Positions 1 through 9,386 of a stretch of DNA of 64,000 nucleotides are shown one piece after another. The notes under the pieces are model-generated. The model saw only the letters and a program-made list of their open reading frames with translations, did no database searches and was not told the DNA's origin. Numbering within the stretch: the first letter of the stretch is position 1; each line of letters opens with the position of its first letter. A program made the position numbers and the translations under genes. The stretch is from an uncultured virus (IMG/VR IMGVR_UViG_3300025570_000010) (lineage: Duplodnaviria; Heunggongvirae; Uroviricota; Caudoviricetes; Schitoviridae), in the IMG/VR virus record IMGVR_UViG_3300025570_000010; one strand, 5' to 3'.

Positions 1-84
1 TATAGAGAAATCATCACCTTGTTTAGTAGTGACAGTGCCCATGTTACAATACACCTTTTGTTGCGTTTGGTCGGTCTTAGCATG

Positions 85-116
85 AAAAAAGAGACGGGGG
101 AATACCCCCCGTCTCT
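85..116 (-). terminator. Rho-independent terminator after thyX fusion
   Basis: GAGACGGGGG/CCCCCGTCTC stem followed by T6 on the minus strand. Confidence 0.85.
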
Positions 117-122
117 CTGTTG

Positions 123-1535
123 TCAACCGTAAAGGTCGAACAATGCTTGCACTTGAGCGTTCTCGCTCTTGGACATGCCTTGCACTTCTCCACCTGTGAT
201 CAAAGACTCGATCATCAAAGGTGTGAGTTTCACCGACTCACGCTCACGCATGTACGCGGCGTAAACCAATGGGAAGAAGTGTTCCACTGCCTCGCCGATC
301 AGACGAGCGTAGACACGAATTTCCCATTGAGCATGATCATCGTCCCGCAGATACAGGAATTTGATCAGGTTGCTGATGTCCATTTTCCAGACACATTCGG
401 TGTATGTGTTCAGAGGCAGGACGATCCGGGCCGTCTCACGAGAGACATCCCGACGCAGGAGTTCCTCGTAATGATCGAAGGAATCGTTGGACGAGCGTTC
501 GATCAGCTTGCGTGCTTCCAGTGCATCTTCCACAGGAAGAGGTTCACCAGACATCTGCTTGTTGATCAGCCCCTGATACATGATCTTCTCGATCTCAGGG
601 ACATAGAACAGACGAACCATCTCCGAGTACCGGCCTGAGTATTCGTTCAGGTTGGCTGTCCGATGGCGAACCAACTGACGCATGACGAAGATGGGGAGAC
701 GCATGTGGAACCGGATCTCACCCATCTCCAGAGGAGACGTATGATGATTCCGAACCAGATAGTTGATCAGGCCAGCATCGTTGTTCACTTTCTTGGTTCC
801 ACGACCGTAGGACATACGGGCCGACTCAGCGATCTCCACGTCAGATCCCATGACTTCTTTCACTTCAAAGAAACCATGGTCAAGGACTTGGATAGCGTTG
901 GCCGGTTTGTCTGTCCATTCCAGACGCTCACCAAGTTCAGGTGCTTCTTCCGCAGGAAGAGATGCTTTGTAGATCTCGGCATCAATCTTGGAATTTGCTG
1001 GGTGATAGTAGTTCACGTCATACCCTTGGTGGTGAAGAATTTCCTGAAGAGTGCGAACAACATCAATGAGTTTCCCTTCAGGGCCGTTGTTGTCGATGAA
1101 CATGTCAGCATGTTCACGAGTCATCTCCATGGATTCCGGCCCCTCAAGAGGAAGTCGGTTGCAAGCATCAACCCAGATCACATGATCGAAGACTTTCTTC
1201 TCCATGCAGGCTTGCCATTCCCGGACACGACGCATACCGACGTACATGTCGTTCCCTTCCTGGATCATCTCTGAACCAGTGCGAGAAGCATCCGGAGTGT
1301 TGTATGCCTCGATCAGATCACCCCAGGTAGACCGGAAGTTCACACGATCTTCGAACATTGCCTCATAGGAGTCGTAGCGTTCCTTGCCCCACATGGGCCA
1401 GATTGCCTTACGACCGACGAAATCCGACGAAGATGAGAACTTGAGTCCCATCTTGTCGGCAATCATTTCGGCCACGGTGTCTTTGCCATGCCTCCCATGA
1501 CCAATGATAAGTAACTTGGGTTTCTGCTTATCCAT
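123..1535 (-). CDS. thyX: Fusion: N-terminal dNMP-kinase-like P-loop domain + C-terminal flavin-dependent thymidylate synthase
   Basis: N-terminal IIGHGRHGKDT P-loop; C-terminal H-x-SPLE and RHRTANLNEYSGRY ThyX motif (RHRx7S), HAQWEIR. Confidence 0.9.
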   Translation of the reverse strand: MDKQKPKLLIIGHGRHGKDTVAEMIADKMGLKFSSSSDFVGRKAIWPMWGKERYDSYEAMFEDRVNFRSTWGDLIEAYNTPDASRTGSEMIQEGNDMYVGMRRVREWQACMEKKVFDHVIWVDACNRLPLEGPESMEMTREHADMFIDNNGPEGKLIDVVRTLQEILHHQGYDVNYYHPANSKIDAEIYKASLPAEEAPELGERLEWTDKPANAIQVLDHGFFEVKEVMGSDVEIAESARMSYGRGTKKVNNDAGLINYLVRNHHTSPLEMGEIRFHMRLPIFVMRQLVRHRTANLNEYSGRYSEMVRLFYVPEIEKIMYQGLINKQMSGEPLPVEDALEARKLIERSSNDSFDHYEELLRRDVSRETARIVLPLNTYTECVWKMDISNLIKFLYLRDDDHAQWEIRVYARLIGEAVEHFFPLVYAAYMRERESVKLTPLMIESLITGGEVQGMSKSENAQVQALFDLYG

Positions 1536-1998
1536 GGATGTTTCCGTTCAGAGCGATACGAAGAGTGTTCATCGTGTCTTCGATTTCAGTGGTGAGCTGT
1601 TTGTTTTGCTCAGACAACTCAGAGATGGCGATCTCAGCTTGCTGAAGCAGAGCGTTTTTCCGACCAACTGCTTGGACGAGATCTACTTTCTCGTCTTGGT
1701 ATCTCAGCAGAGTTTCGATCGAGCTATTGCTGATCAGTGCTGTCATCTGAGCGATGATCAGGATTACCTCTTTCTGCTCAACGATATGGTCACGAGCACG
1801 AGCATGACGCTCTTTCTCACGATCCAACAGATCTTGCAGAGCAATCTGGGAACGAGCGATGTCATCACCAGTGAAGCCCATGAGGTCGATACGCTTGCCC
1901 TGCTTGTGTGCAGCAGCAACCTGACGACGGACTTCTTTCATGCGAACACGAGGGTCCACATCAACGACGGTCATGGATTTGGTTTGAGTCTTGGACAT
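1528..1998 (-). CDS. Hypothetical coiled-coil protein
   Basis: ORF with GAGGAG RBS before ATG 1998; overlaps thyX start. Confidence 0.7.
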   Translation of the reverse strand: MSKTQTKSMTVVDVDPRVRMKEVRRQVAAAHKQGKRIDLMGFTGDDIARSQIALQDLLDREKERHARARDHIVEQKEVILIIAQMTALISNSSIETLLRYQDEKVDLVQAVGRKNALLQQAEIAISELSEQNKQLTTEIEDTMNTLRIALNGNIHG

Positions 1999-2195
1999 TT
2001 TGGTCTCCTCGGAGGGTTTGAAAATTAGGTAATTGTGCAAGCTCTTGGTATGACAAAGGTCCAGTTATGCCATTCGGCCATGTGACATTTACCCAGTAAC
2101 CCTCACCGGACTTCATTATCCGGAAAGGGATTTGATGTAGACACAAGAGGGAAGTTGCCTCCCAAGTATCTGAAAGGAAAAGGTATCTTACAGTG

Positions 2196-2717
2196 CTATG
2201 CGCGAGCACCAACTGGTCCGGATTCTTGGTTCTGGTATTTACCATCCCCATAGTCTCCTTCATTTTCCAACAGGCCATAGAGAACCTGTGCAATACCCTG
2301 ACCCGGAAGGATCTCCAGACCATTGAAGCCATGATACACAAGCTCCAGCGTAAGAAAACCATTCCATCCCGGCTCGATCAACGTGTTGAACACGCTCAGT
2401 CCTTGACGCGCCCATGTGGACTTGTCCTTGACCATCCCCACGAGATTGTGAGGAGTCCGAAAATGTTCCATGGCAGAAGCCAAAACGAAATGTCCCATGA
2501 AGGTCTCAGTTTCACCAGTAATAGGGTCTGTGACAATCGTCCGAGCACCATAGGCGTCATTCACGAACTTGACTGACTGCTTGATGCGGATGTCATATCC
2601 GGCCTCTGCAAGGCCGTATGACGTTCCCTCGTAGCGAATCTTCTCCGTAGCCATGTTGGTGATGGGAGCTGCTGCGAGGAGGGATTTTCCATTGACGAAC
2701 ATTAGATCAACTTTCAT
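2196..2717 (-). CDS. dcd: dCTP deaminase (trimeric dUTPase superfamily)
   Basis: AGYDIR, KSTWARQG, IEPGWNGFLTLE, YGDGKYQNQ motifs. Confidence 0.85.
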   Translation of the reverse strand: MKVDLMFVNGKSLLAAAPITNMATEKIRYEGTSYGLAEAGYDIRIKQSVKFVNDAYGARTIVTDPITGETETFMGHFVLASAMEHFRTPHNLVGMVKDKSTWARQGLSVFNTLIEPGWNGFLTLELVYHGFNGLEILPGQGIAQVLYGLLENEGDYGDGKYQNQESGPVGARA

Positions 2718-3217
2718 TTGGTTTCGGGGATGAGATATTCCCCATGGTTTGGGTGGTATCCGTAATCAAGTTCTGCTTGTTTACGAACAGATATAGCTTC
2801 TTCTTTAGTGTTATACCGACCAAGGTTGATACTTTTACCTTCAGAACAAATACTTGCTTGCCATTTTTGTCTGGAAATAATGAAAGAGACCCCCATTATA
2901 CCAGAAGTGTTGTTTTTGAATTTTGATCTGTTACGAAGATTACCAGTATCATCTACATTTCTTAGGTTTTTTAACCGGTTATCAAGTCTATTGTGGTTTT
3001 CATGATCAATACGATCACAATCAACACCATATACCATTTTGAAGATGATCCGGTGCATTAGCCATGTATGACCTTGACGTTTGAAACGAAGATACCCGTC
3101 AGAAGTTACACTACCAGCCTCTTTACCTGAATCCTTATAAGTTACAATTCCAGTTAAAGAATCATAATTCAAAAGTTTAAGCAAAGAGGCTTGAGATGGT
3201 GTTGGTTTAGGTTTCAT
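2714..3217 (-). CDS. Free-standing HNH homing endonuclease with AP2-like C-terminal DNA-binding domain
   Basis: MHRIIF...IDHENHNRLDNRLKNLR; NNTSGIMGV...LGRYNTKEEA; AT-rich relative to neighbours. Confidence 0.85.
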   Translation of the reverse strand: MKPKPTPSQASLLKLLNYDSLTGIVTYKDSGKEAGSVTSDGYLRFKRQGHTWLMHRIIFKMVYGVDCDRIDHENHNRLDNRLKNLRNVDDTGNLRNRSKFKNNTSGIMGVSFIISRQKWQASICSEGKSINLGRYNTKEEAISVRKQAELDYGYHPNHGEYLIPETK

Positions 3218-4488
3218 TTGTTTTCCGGTATTAAAAATACTTCCCCATGGATGTTGGCAGGGACTGAGTAATAAGCCTCTGGAACCAGCCAGATGCACTC
3301 CCACTCAGGTTTCGGAGGGATAGTAACGCAGAGGTCAGTGAAGATCACCAAAGCATCAGACCCCAGCTCTGCTGTGCGTTTCCACACGTCTTTGAGGTCT
3401 GTACCACCACCAGCTTGGACATGAATGTTCCCATACTTTTCCTTGTCGGTGAAGGTTTTCTCCAACTTGATCTTCGTGTCGAAGAACAAGACTGTCAACA
3501 GGGCTGGATTCAAAAGTTCCTTGATGGTCCTGACGGAGTCATGGAACTGCTGTGCCTGTTTGGGGGTGATCGACCCACTCACATCGAGAGCATAGGTGAG
3601 GTGAGCCAATCGGTTGACATGCCCCCGTTTGGGGAAACGTCCGGGCAGCATGAGCTTGGAGCCATTCAATCCATGTTGCCGACGATTTGGTCGCATGAAT
3701 GTCCGCTTCCCACCTGATAAAGGATCAGTGAGATAATCCTTGAAGATGTCATGGTACGTTGCACCTTTGACCATCACACGGACGTTGGAGAGATCAAGTT
3801 TGATCCCTTGGCTTCCGGTTGTATTTCCGGCTTGTTTGCCATGTTTGTCCACATCTTCTTCAGCTTTTTTCTTCTGATCTTCCAAGGTCTTACCCTCGGA
3901 GTTGGCGATTTGTTCGACCAGATCTTCGATCAGCTCGGCAGGGATGTGTCCATCCATCATGCCCGGTGTGGGCTTGGGCTTTTTCTTCTCTTCTTCGTAG
4001 ATGGTGTTGTACACCTGCTCAGTCGATTGGCCTTTGAACTGAGGATCCTTGCATGGTTCAGTTCCATCGAAGGTGAAGCCGTCATCCTCCAAGGCATTGT
4101 TGATGACGTGGTCAGCAGCCTTGTTGTGGACGTAGGGATCACATGTCTTGCCACGTTCCAAGTGCTTCAGGATCAGGTGCCAGATCTCGTGAACACACAC
4201 GGTAATCCGTGTCTCTTCCGGGATCGAGTCATAAAAATCCGGGTTGAAGAAAATGAAACCATGTCCAGCACATGCAGTGGGGATCGAGTACGACCAGAAG
4301 ATCCGGACGTTTGCGATGTACCGGGCAAGCCCGACACACCTGGGATCGTTTACGACGATCTCTTCAAATGCCTTCTTCAGCGTGATTGCTTCAGAAGGAC
4401 GCATCTCCTCTTGCTCTTGAGGAGTTGCTGGGGGTGGAGGTGCATTAAGCACCCCCGAAGACGGTGGAACCAAGATAACATTGGTCAT
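3214..4488 (-). CDS. Metallopeptidase-like (HExxH) + VWA domain protein, N4 gp25-like
   Basis: VHEIWH motif; DVSGS MIDAS, GGGT, IFTD. Confidence 0.85.
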   Translation of the reverse strand: MTNVILVPPSSGVLNAPPPPATPQEQEEMRPSEAITLKKAFEEIVVNDPRCVGLARYIANVRIFWSYSIPTACAGHGFIFFNPDFYDSIPEETRITVCVHEIWHLILKHLERGKTCDPYVHNKAADHVINNALEDDGFTFDGTEPCKDPQFKGQSTEQVYNTIYEEEKKKPKPTPGMMDGHIPAELIEDLVEQIANSEGKTLEDQKKKAEEDVDKHGKQAGNTTGSQGIKLDLSNVRVMVKGATYHDIFKDYLTDPLSGGKRTFMRPNRRQHGLNGSKLMLPGRFPKRGHVNRLAHLTYALDVSGSITPKQAQQFHDSVRTIKELLNPALLTVLFFDTKIKLEKTFTDKEKYGNIHVQAGGGTDLKDVWKRTAELGSDALVIFTDLCVTIPPKPEWECIWLVPEAYYSVPANIHGEVFLIPENK

Positions 4489-4648
4489 GATTTAGGTCTC
4501 CAAAACCACTTGGGGACTGTGAGGCCACCCTTTTTGGGGTTGGCTTCAGCTTCCCTGATTGCTTCCTGACGGAGCTGCTCAACTTTTGCAGCCTTGTCTC
4601 GATGGCGTTGGAGAGCCTGTCGGTTCTCCAAATCCTTTATTTCCGCGT

Positions 4649-5908
4649 CTATGCGGTCAAATCGAGATTGTGTGTCTTTGACCGAAACGGGTTTTGCTTG
4701 ACTACCTGACCCGTTTGCGGGCGTTGACGGTTGCCCGGAAGGAAAAGCGAGTTCAATTCCTCATCGGTAGCCGGTTGAGGGATGTCGATCTCTTTGACAT
4801 CGAGACGCTTTTTCACCTCGTCCACCAGACGTTTGTCCGATGCAGTTTGTCCGAGTTTCTCGACCAAAATCTGAGCGAACAGAGAAGAATGTTCTCCATC
4901 CATCCGGTTCATGAACTGAAGGATCGAGTCCCGGCTTTGTTCACTGGTTTCAATGAAGAAATCAGCGAGGCTTGAGGTGAGTTCAGCCTTCCCAGCAGTG
5001 GTCGAAGGGATCTTCGTGGAGCTGGGCGACTGGGCTACTTCCCAGGGGTAAGGCAATTGCATTGTCTCGTCGTAGTGTTCTTTGAACGACTGACCAGCAA
5101 TGACCCCCACTGCACTGAACAACATGGCCTGGATGGCCGGTGTGATCACTGCACCTTGGGAGGTGGGCATCGGGATACCAGAGGCATCCTTCTTCGTGAT
5201 CTGGTTCTTGGACGACTGCTTTTCATGCAGCTTGACGATCTTGAAGACTTTGCCCCAACCACGAGGTGTGTTGTACGGCTCCAATTCGTCACGTTTGGAA
5301 GGGTCGATGGTGCCAAGCAACAGGTCAGGGTACTTCTTGATGAAGGAGATGACAGACTCAGCCGAGTCTTTCTTGGGCAGGCTTTCAGCCCATTTCAGCC
5401 AGTCTTTGCTGGAGACTTTCATCTCCACAGGCAGCATACGAGTGATCAGGGTGTCAGGCAGAGGACGTGCAATGGCACTGTCTGTGGACCGGTTCCCGGC
5501 TGCCACGATCAGAGCTTTGCTGTGGACCTTCTTGCCACCAACACGGTGTCCCAGAAGCAGGGAATAGATCGCTGCCATGACTTCTTCAGTGGCCGACGAG
5601 AGTTCGTCGAGGAAGATGAGCCATCCATCACGACCTTTGGGCAGAGCATCTCCTTCCATAGGGAAGGTGTCGAATGGGTTGTAGTGAGCTTTGCCTTTGG
5701 TCTCATCCAGACTCGGAAGACCGGTGAGATCCTCCGGCAACATCTGACTCAGACGAACGTCGAGGACTTCAAGATTGAATTCCTCACCAATTTGGAACAT
5801 GAGATCCGATTTCCCAATGCCCGGAGGTCCGGCAACATAGGGGATTTCACGCATCAACAAACAGTTTTCAACGAAAATCTTTGTTTGTGAAGGGCTGAGA
5901 GCTTTCAT
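4649..5908 (-). CDS. MoxR-type AAA+ ATPase, N4 gp24-like
   Basis: Walker A GPPGIGKS, Walker B IFLDE, AAGN sensor; adjacent to VWA gene. Confidence 0.85.
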   Translation of the reverse strand: MKALSPSQTKIFVENCLLMREIPYVAGPPGIGKSDLMFQIGEEFNLEVLDVRLSQMLPEDLTGLPSLDETKGKAHYNPFDTFPMEGDALPKGRDGWLIFLDELSSATEEVMAAIYSLLLGHRVGGKKVHSKALIVAAGNRSTDSAIARPLPDTLITRMLPVEMKVSSKDWLKWAESLPKKDSAESVISFIKKYPDLLLGTIDPSKRDELEPYNTPRGWGKVFKIVKLHEKQSSKNQITKKDASGIPMPTSQGAVITPAIQAMLFSAVGVIAGQSFKEHYDETMQLPYPWEVAQSPSSTKIPSTTAGKAELTSSLADFFIETSEQSRDSILQFMNRMDGEHSSLFAQILVEKLGQTASDKRLVDEVKKRLDVKEIDIPQPATDEELNSLFLPGNRQRPQTGQVVKQNPFRSKTHNLDLTA

Positions 5909-5971
5909 TTTCTTTCTCCAGTTGGGCTGCTGCTCCATGCAGTCAGCGATAAAACCAGAAAGAAAAAATCA

Positions 5972-6178
5972 TCACAGTACACGGATGCTATACCCGGATG
6001 TGATCTTACCTTGTTGAGTAAAAGCAGCGACAGCCATTTTCGGTTTGGGATTGTTCGAAGTTCCCAGATAGACGTAGCCAGCTCCATCCTCAAATTCGTC
6101 AGTGACGATGACGCTTAGGGTTGCATCATCCATAAAATAATACAATGTAGGGTTATCGGATGGAATTGGATTGGTCAT
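5972..6178 (-). CDS. Hypothetical protein
   Basis: 68-aa ORF with AAGGAG RBS. Confidence 0.65.
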   Translation of the reverse strand: MTNPIPSDNPTLYYFMDDATLSVIVTDEFEDGAGYVYLGTSNNPKPKMAVAAFTQQGKITSGYSIRVL

Positions 6179-6195
6179 CTGGTGTGCTCCTTGTG

Positions 6196-6230
6196 AAAAA
6201 AACTGGCTCCCCTCGTTATGAGGGGAGCCT
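6196..6230 (-). terminator. Rho-independent terminator
   Basis: GGCTCCCCTC/GAGGGGAGCC stem followed by T-tract on the minus strand. Confidence 0.8.
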
Positions 6231-6235
6231 TCTTT

Positions 6236-6733
6236 TCATGCAAGTGTCCATTTGAAGCCATAGGCTGTCTTCAGTGAACCAAGACAACATGAGCGGATGT
6301 TGCCTGCTGCGTAGCCAGTCATTTCCTGAGCGTGCCATGAGGATTTGAATGTGGCGATGATGTTGCCATCGAGATCCATCTGATGAACAGGCTTGGCCCT
6401 CGTGTGGCCCTTGTTGATCTTACCGTCTCTGTGATCGACCTTGGACTTGGCCATGTTCTCAGCCCATGTGACCAGTTGCAGGTTGCTCAGGGTGTAGGGC
6501 TTGGAATCATCGAGCCTATCAAGGGAAGGTGCGAAGTTTCTGTCATGGTTCGAATCTTGGTAGCCTTGCCAGATCTCAGTGAGGTTAGGCTGGAGCTTCA
6601 GCCATTCAATCAGCTCATCGAGTGTGTAGTCAGGCATGGGATGACCACGCTTCTTTGACGTACCCTTTTGATTTTGCAGGACTCTTCCGAAGAAGACTCG
6701 TGGAATGGTGCGGTATCTTTCTTTCTGGTTCAT
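6236..6733 (-). CDS. Free-standing HNH-like homing endonuclease with NUMOD1-type C-terminal HTH
   Basis: PSLDRLDDSKPYTLSNLQLVTWAENMAK; KPVHQMDLDGNIIATFKS...AYGFKW; GGAG RBS. Confidence 0.75.
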   Translation of the reverse strand: MNQKERYRTIPRVFFGRVLQNQKGTSKKRGHPMPDYTLDELIEWLKLQPNLTEIWQGYQDSNHDRNFAPSLDRLDDSKPYTLSNLQLVTWAENMAKSKVDHRDGKINKGHTRAKPVHQMDLDGNIIATFKSSWHAQEMTGYAAGNIRSCCLGSLKTAYGFKWTLA

Positions 6734-6796
6734 AGTGTTCTCCAAAAAATATGACTCCCCATACCACAAGGGTACAGGGAGTCAAGCTAGCTTACA

Positions 6797-6984
6797 TCAT
6801 GCGAGCATATAATTCGCATTCAGGATCAGATCACGGTCGATGTGTCCAACCTTCTTGGTTTTGATGCCTTTATGAGCGATTTGTTTTGCCAAATCTTCCA
6901 ACAGACTAGAGTCGTTAATGTCTGCAAGAATTGTATTGTATTGCTTACGCAAGTCATTTCCGTAGTTGGGATGTGCTCGGAAAC
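6797..6984 (-). CDS. RNA polymerase II catalytic subunit (N4 gp16-like RNAP2), exon 3
   Basis: Continues motif C after splicing: VHD-C-FRAHPNYGNDLRKQY...ILNANYMLA*. Confidence 0.88.
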
Positions 6985-7943
6985 CAAATATTAAATGAGT
7001 CGTTAACTCACCCTTAACTTCCATGGTTTGGATGGAAGTCATACTTAATGTTAGCAGATTGTCTTGCTGACTTAGCCTCATCAAGTGTATCGTAAGTACC
7101 AAGGGATATTTGTTTTCCTTGGACCATGATGTGAGCATTAAATCTTCCAGAAGGAAGAGTTCTCACACCATTGACTCCTGATGAGTTGTTACATTTCAAG
7201 GACATGTTTGTTTGGTTCTGTCTGTGTTCCACTTCTCTCAGATTATACCAACGATTGTCGGTGCGATCATGATTGATGTGATCCACTTGTGAAGGCCAGT
7301 TTCCTGTCTTCATGAACCATATAACTCTGTGAGCAAGGTATTCCTTTCCACCGATGGTTACAGAAAAGTAACCTTCGTTGTGTGGATAGACAGCAAGAGA
7401 ACCTTTATGGCAACGTCTTGTATCTAGCTTATGAGTCAACTCTCCTGTGTATTCACTATAGTGAAACACTTTCAACAAGTCGTTCTGAGTGAACGTCTTC
7501 ATCTTTGTTATGATGTCTTTACAGTTATCACATAGGTGTCCCACTCTGCTTTTCTTTGCATCGTAGAAGTTGCATTCATAGTCTTGTGAGCACTGTAAGC
7601 ATTTACATATAGCTTTGAATTTAGAGAGTTTAGTCTTGATTAGTAACATAAGTATGCTCCTTGGTTCATACATGATCTATTGTAGATCATATCCTAATAC
7701 AAGGAGAAAGTCTCCGTCTTTCGTCGGAGTATCGGACTATATCATCACCCTTCTGGTAAACCAGTTAGGGGGAAGGCGCTTCGGAGGTGACTTCACTCTC
7801 CTACTCCCTTGCGGGATAGTCTCTACACCTTCTCACGGTAGTTTGTGAGCTTGGCTCGGGATTGCCATATCCTTTCGGACTTAGGTTTCCCCGAATTCAC
7901 CTTCTTCTTCGATGAGAATTTCTTCTCAAAGGACCGTAAATTC
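6985..7943 (-). mobile_element. Group I intron 2 (IA2-like) in RNAP2 motif C
   Basis: Exon GACU pairs with intron GGUC (U-G at splice site); P GAATTCGGGGAAAC, Q AATCCCGAGC, R AGAGACTA, S ATGATATAGTCC; terminal G at 6985. Confidence 0.9.
7014..7673 (-). CDS. Intron-encoded HNH homing endonuclease with AP2-like domain (in P9 region)
   Basis: LAHRVIW...VDHINHDRTDNRWYNLR; NNSSGVNGV; lies 3' of the S element; AT-rich. Confidence 0.88.
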   Translation of the reverse strand: MYEPRSILMLLIKTKLSKFKAICKCLQCSQDYECNFYDAKKSRVGHLCDNCKDIITKMKTFTQNDLLKVFHYSEYTGELTHKLDTRRCHKGSLAVYPHNEGYFSVTIGGKEYLAHRVIWFMKTGNWPSQVDHINHDRTDNRWYNLREVEHRQNQTNMSLKCNNSSGVNGVRTLPSGRFNAHIMVQGKQISLGTYDTLDEAKSARQSANIKYDFHPNHGS

Positions 7944-8534
7944 AGTCATGCACAGAGACCAGATCGAATGGTTTGGTTGGCAAGCTGTTGATCAGCTCGT
8001 CGATGACCTTGCGGTCAACCAATCCGATAGTGTCAGCGTAAAGGTGATCGAGAATTCGTACTGACAAAAAGCCTGTACGCAGGAAATTATTCCACAATTC
8101 AGTGACAATGTGGAAAGATTTCCCGTTTTTGCCTGGATATGTAGAACAAAGTGCTCCTACCACACGATCAACAGTGGTCTGTTTGAACATGCAGCGACGG
8201 AACATCTCCCGTACCACCATCCCATCCACAGAGTGAATGAGATTCGGTCCCAGTCCCTTGTGGAAGTCGGGACGTGCGTCGATCTTCACCGGGACACTGT
8301 AATCTGTGTCCAAGAACTTGAACGGAACGAGTTCCTTGTCCTTGGTTTCGATGCACGCATGGAAGTTGTCGGGCATCACCCACTCGTAGACGCTGCCACT
8401 GACTTGGTCCCACAGCTCTTGCAAGCCGAGGTTCAGATCCCATGCACCCGGTGCCATGTCGGCAATGGTGTCATAGAAGAGGTCGATGTTCTCACCAAAC
8501 GTGTACTCAGGCATAGCCGTGGACCCGTAGAATG
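7944..8534 (-). CDS. RNAP2 exon 2
   Basis: FYGSTAMP (end of motif B)...PNLIHSVDG...LVSVHD (motif C). Confidence 0.9.
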
Positions 8535-9386
8535 CGTTGTGTTCAACTGGGTTCGTTAATCCCAGCCCGTCCTGTTGGCTAATTCAGGACTGCTACCAAT
8601 TACTTGGCAGACCAGACTATATCTTCATCCTCTTACGAGGAGATGTGCGCTTCGGACCACTTGGCCCTACTCCCTTACGGGATAGTCGTTGCTCGTTCCG
8701 ATACTTCTACTATGCGTTCACACATGGTAATGAAATCATGTGTTGTAAGATCACCTTTGGCACGATTAGCAGCCCATGAGAGCCACTGCACATTTCCTTT
8801 GGTGTATCCTTTATCTGGTTCGATCTTGTCCAAGGAGGGACATAGTGGATGCTTTTTCTCGATTACAAAATCAATACCTGTTAAGGCGCATTTACGATTT
8901 TGAGATTCGAACATATTGAATAGGAAGTCTTCATCAATATCAGGAGTGATTTGATTGAACTTCTTAGCTCTACCATTAGCCTCAACCAACCTTCCTCGAA
9001 TCAAGGACATTAGTTTACGGTCTTTCGGTTCCACTTTTTTGATCTTATCAGATCCTCTGTAGCCTTTACCATTTTCAGTAGCATACTTAGCCCTGAATTG
9101 ACGAGCATACTCAGCCCTGCATGGTTTACAGTAGCTATGGTATTCTTGTCTTGGTTTGGAAGTATTTTTCCAATTTTGTTTAGAGGGTGCTTTTATCATC
9201 TCCACTATAGGGATTTGATTTGTACACATTTTGCATAGTCGAGTATCCATAAAAACATTCCTTGTTTGCTTTTATGGTTGTATTGGCTTCGATCAGGATT
9301 GTCCACAGCATTACCTGTTGGGAGGTTCCCTGAGTTCACACATTTGCTTAACGGATGTTACCACCCGTTTGACCCCATTTTTCAAA
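8535..9386 (-). mobile_element. Group I intron 1 (IA2-like) in RNAP2 motif B
   Basis: Exon UGACCU pairs with intron GGGUCA; IGS AAUG pairs with 3' exon CAUU (P10); P GAACTCAGGGAAC, Q AATCCTGATC, R CAACGACTA, S AAGATATAGTCT; terminal G at 8535. Confidence 0.9.
8675..9250 (-). CDS. Intron-encoded HNH-like endonuclease (in P6 loop)
   Basis: N-terminal CxxC...CxxC; KCALTG...PSLDKIEPDKGYTKGNVQWLSWAANRAK; 3' end reads through the R element. Confidence 0.8.
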   Translation of the reverse strand: MDTRLCKMCTNQIPIVEMIKAPSKQNWKNTSKPRQEYHSYCKPCRAEYARQFRAKYATENGKGYRGSDKIKKVEPKDRKLMSLIRGRLVEANGRAKKFNQITPDIDEDFLFNMFESQNRKCALTGIDFVIEKKHPLCPSLDKIEPDKGYTKGNVQWLSWAANRAKGDLTTHDFITMCERIVEVSERATTIP

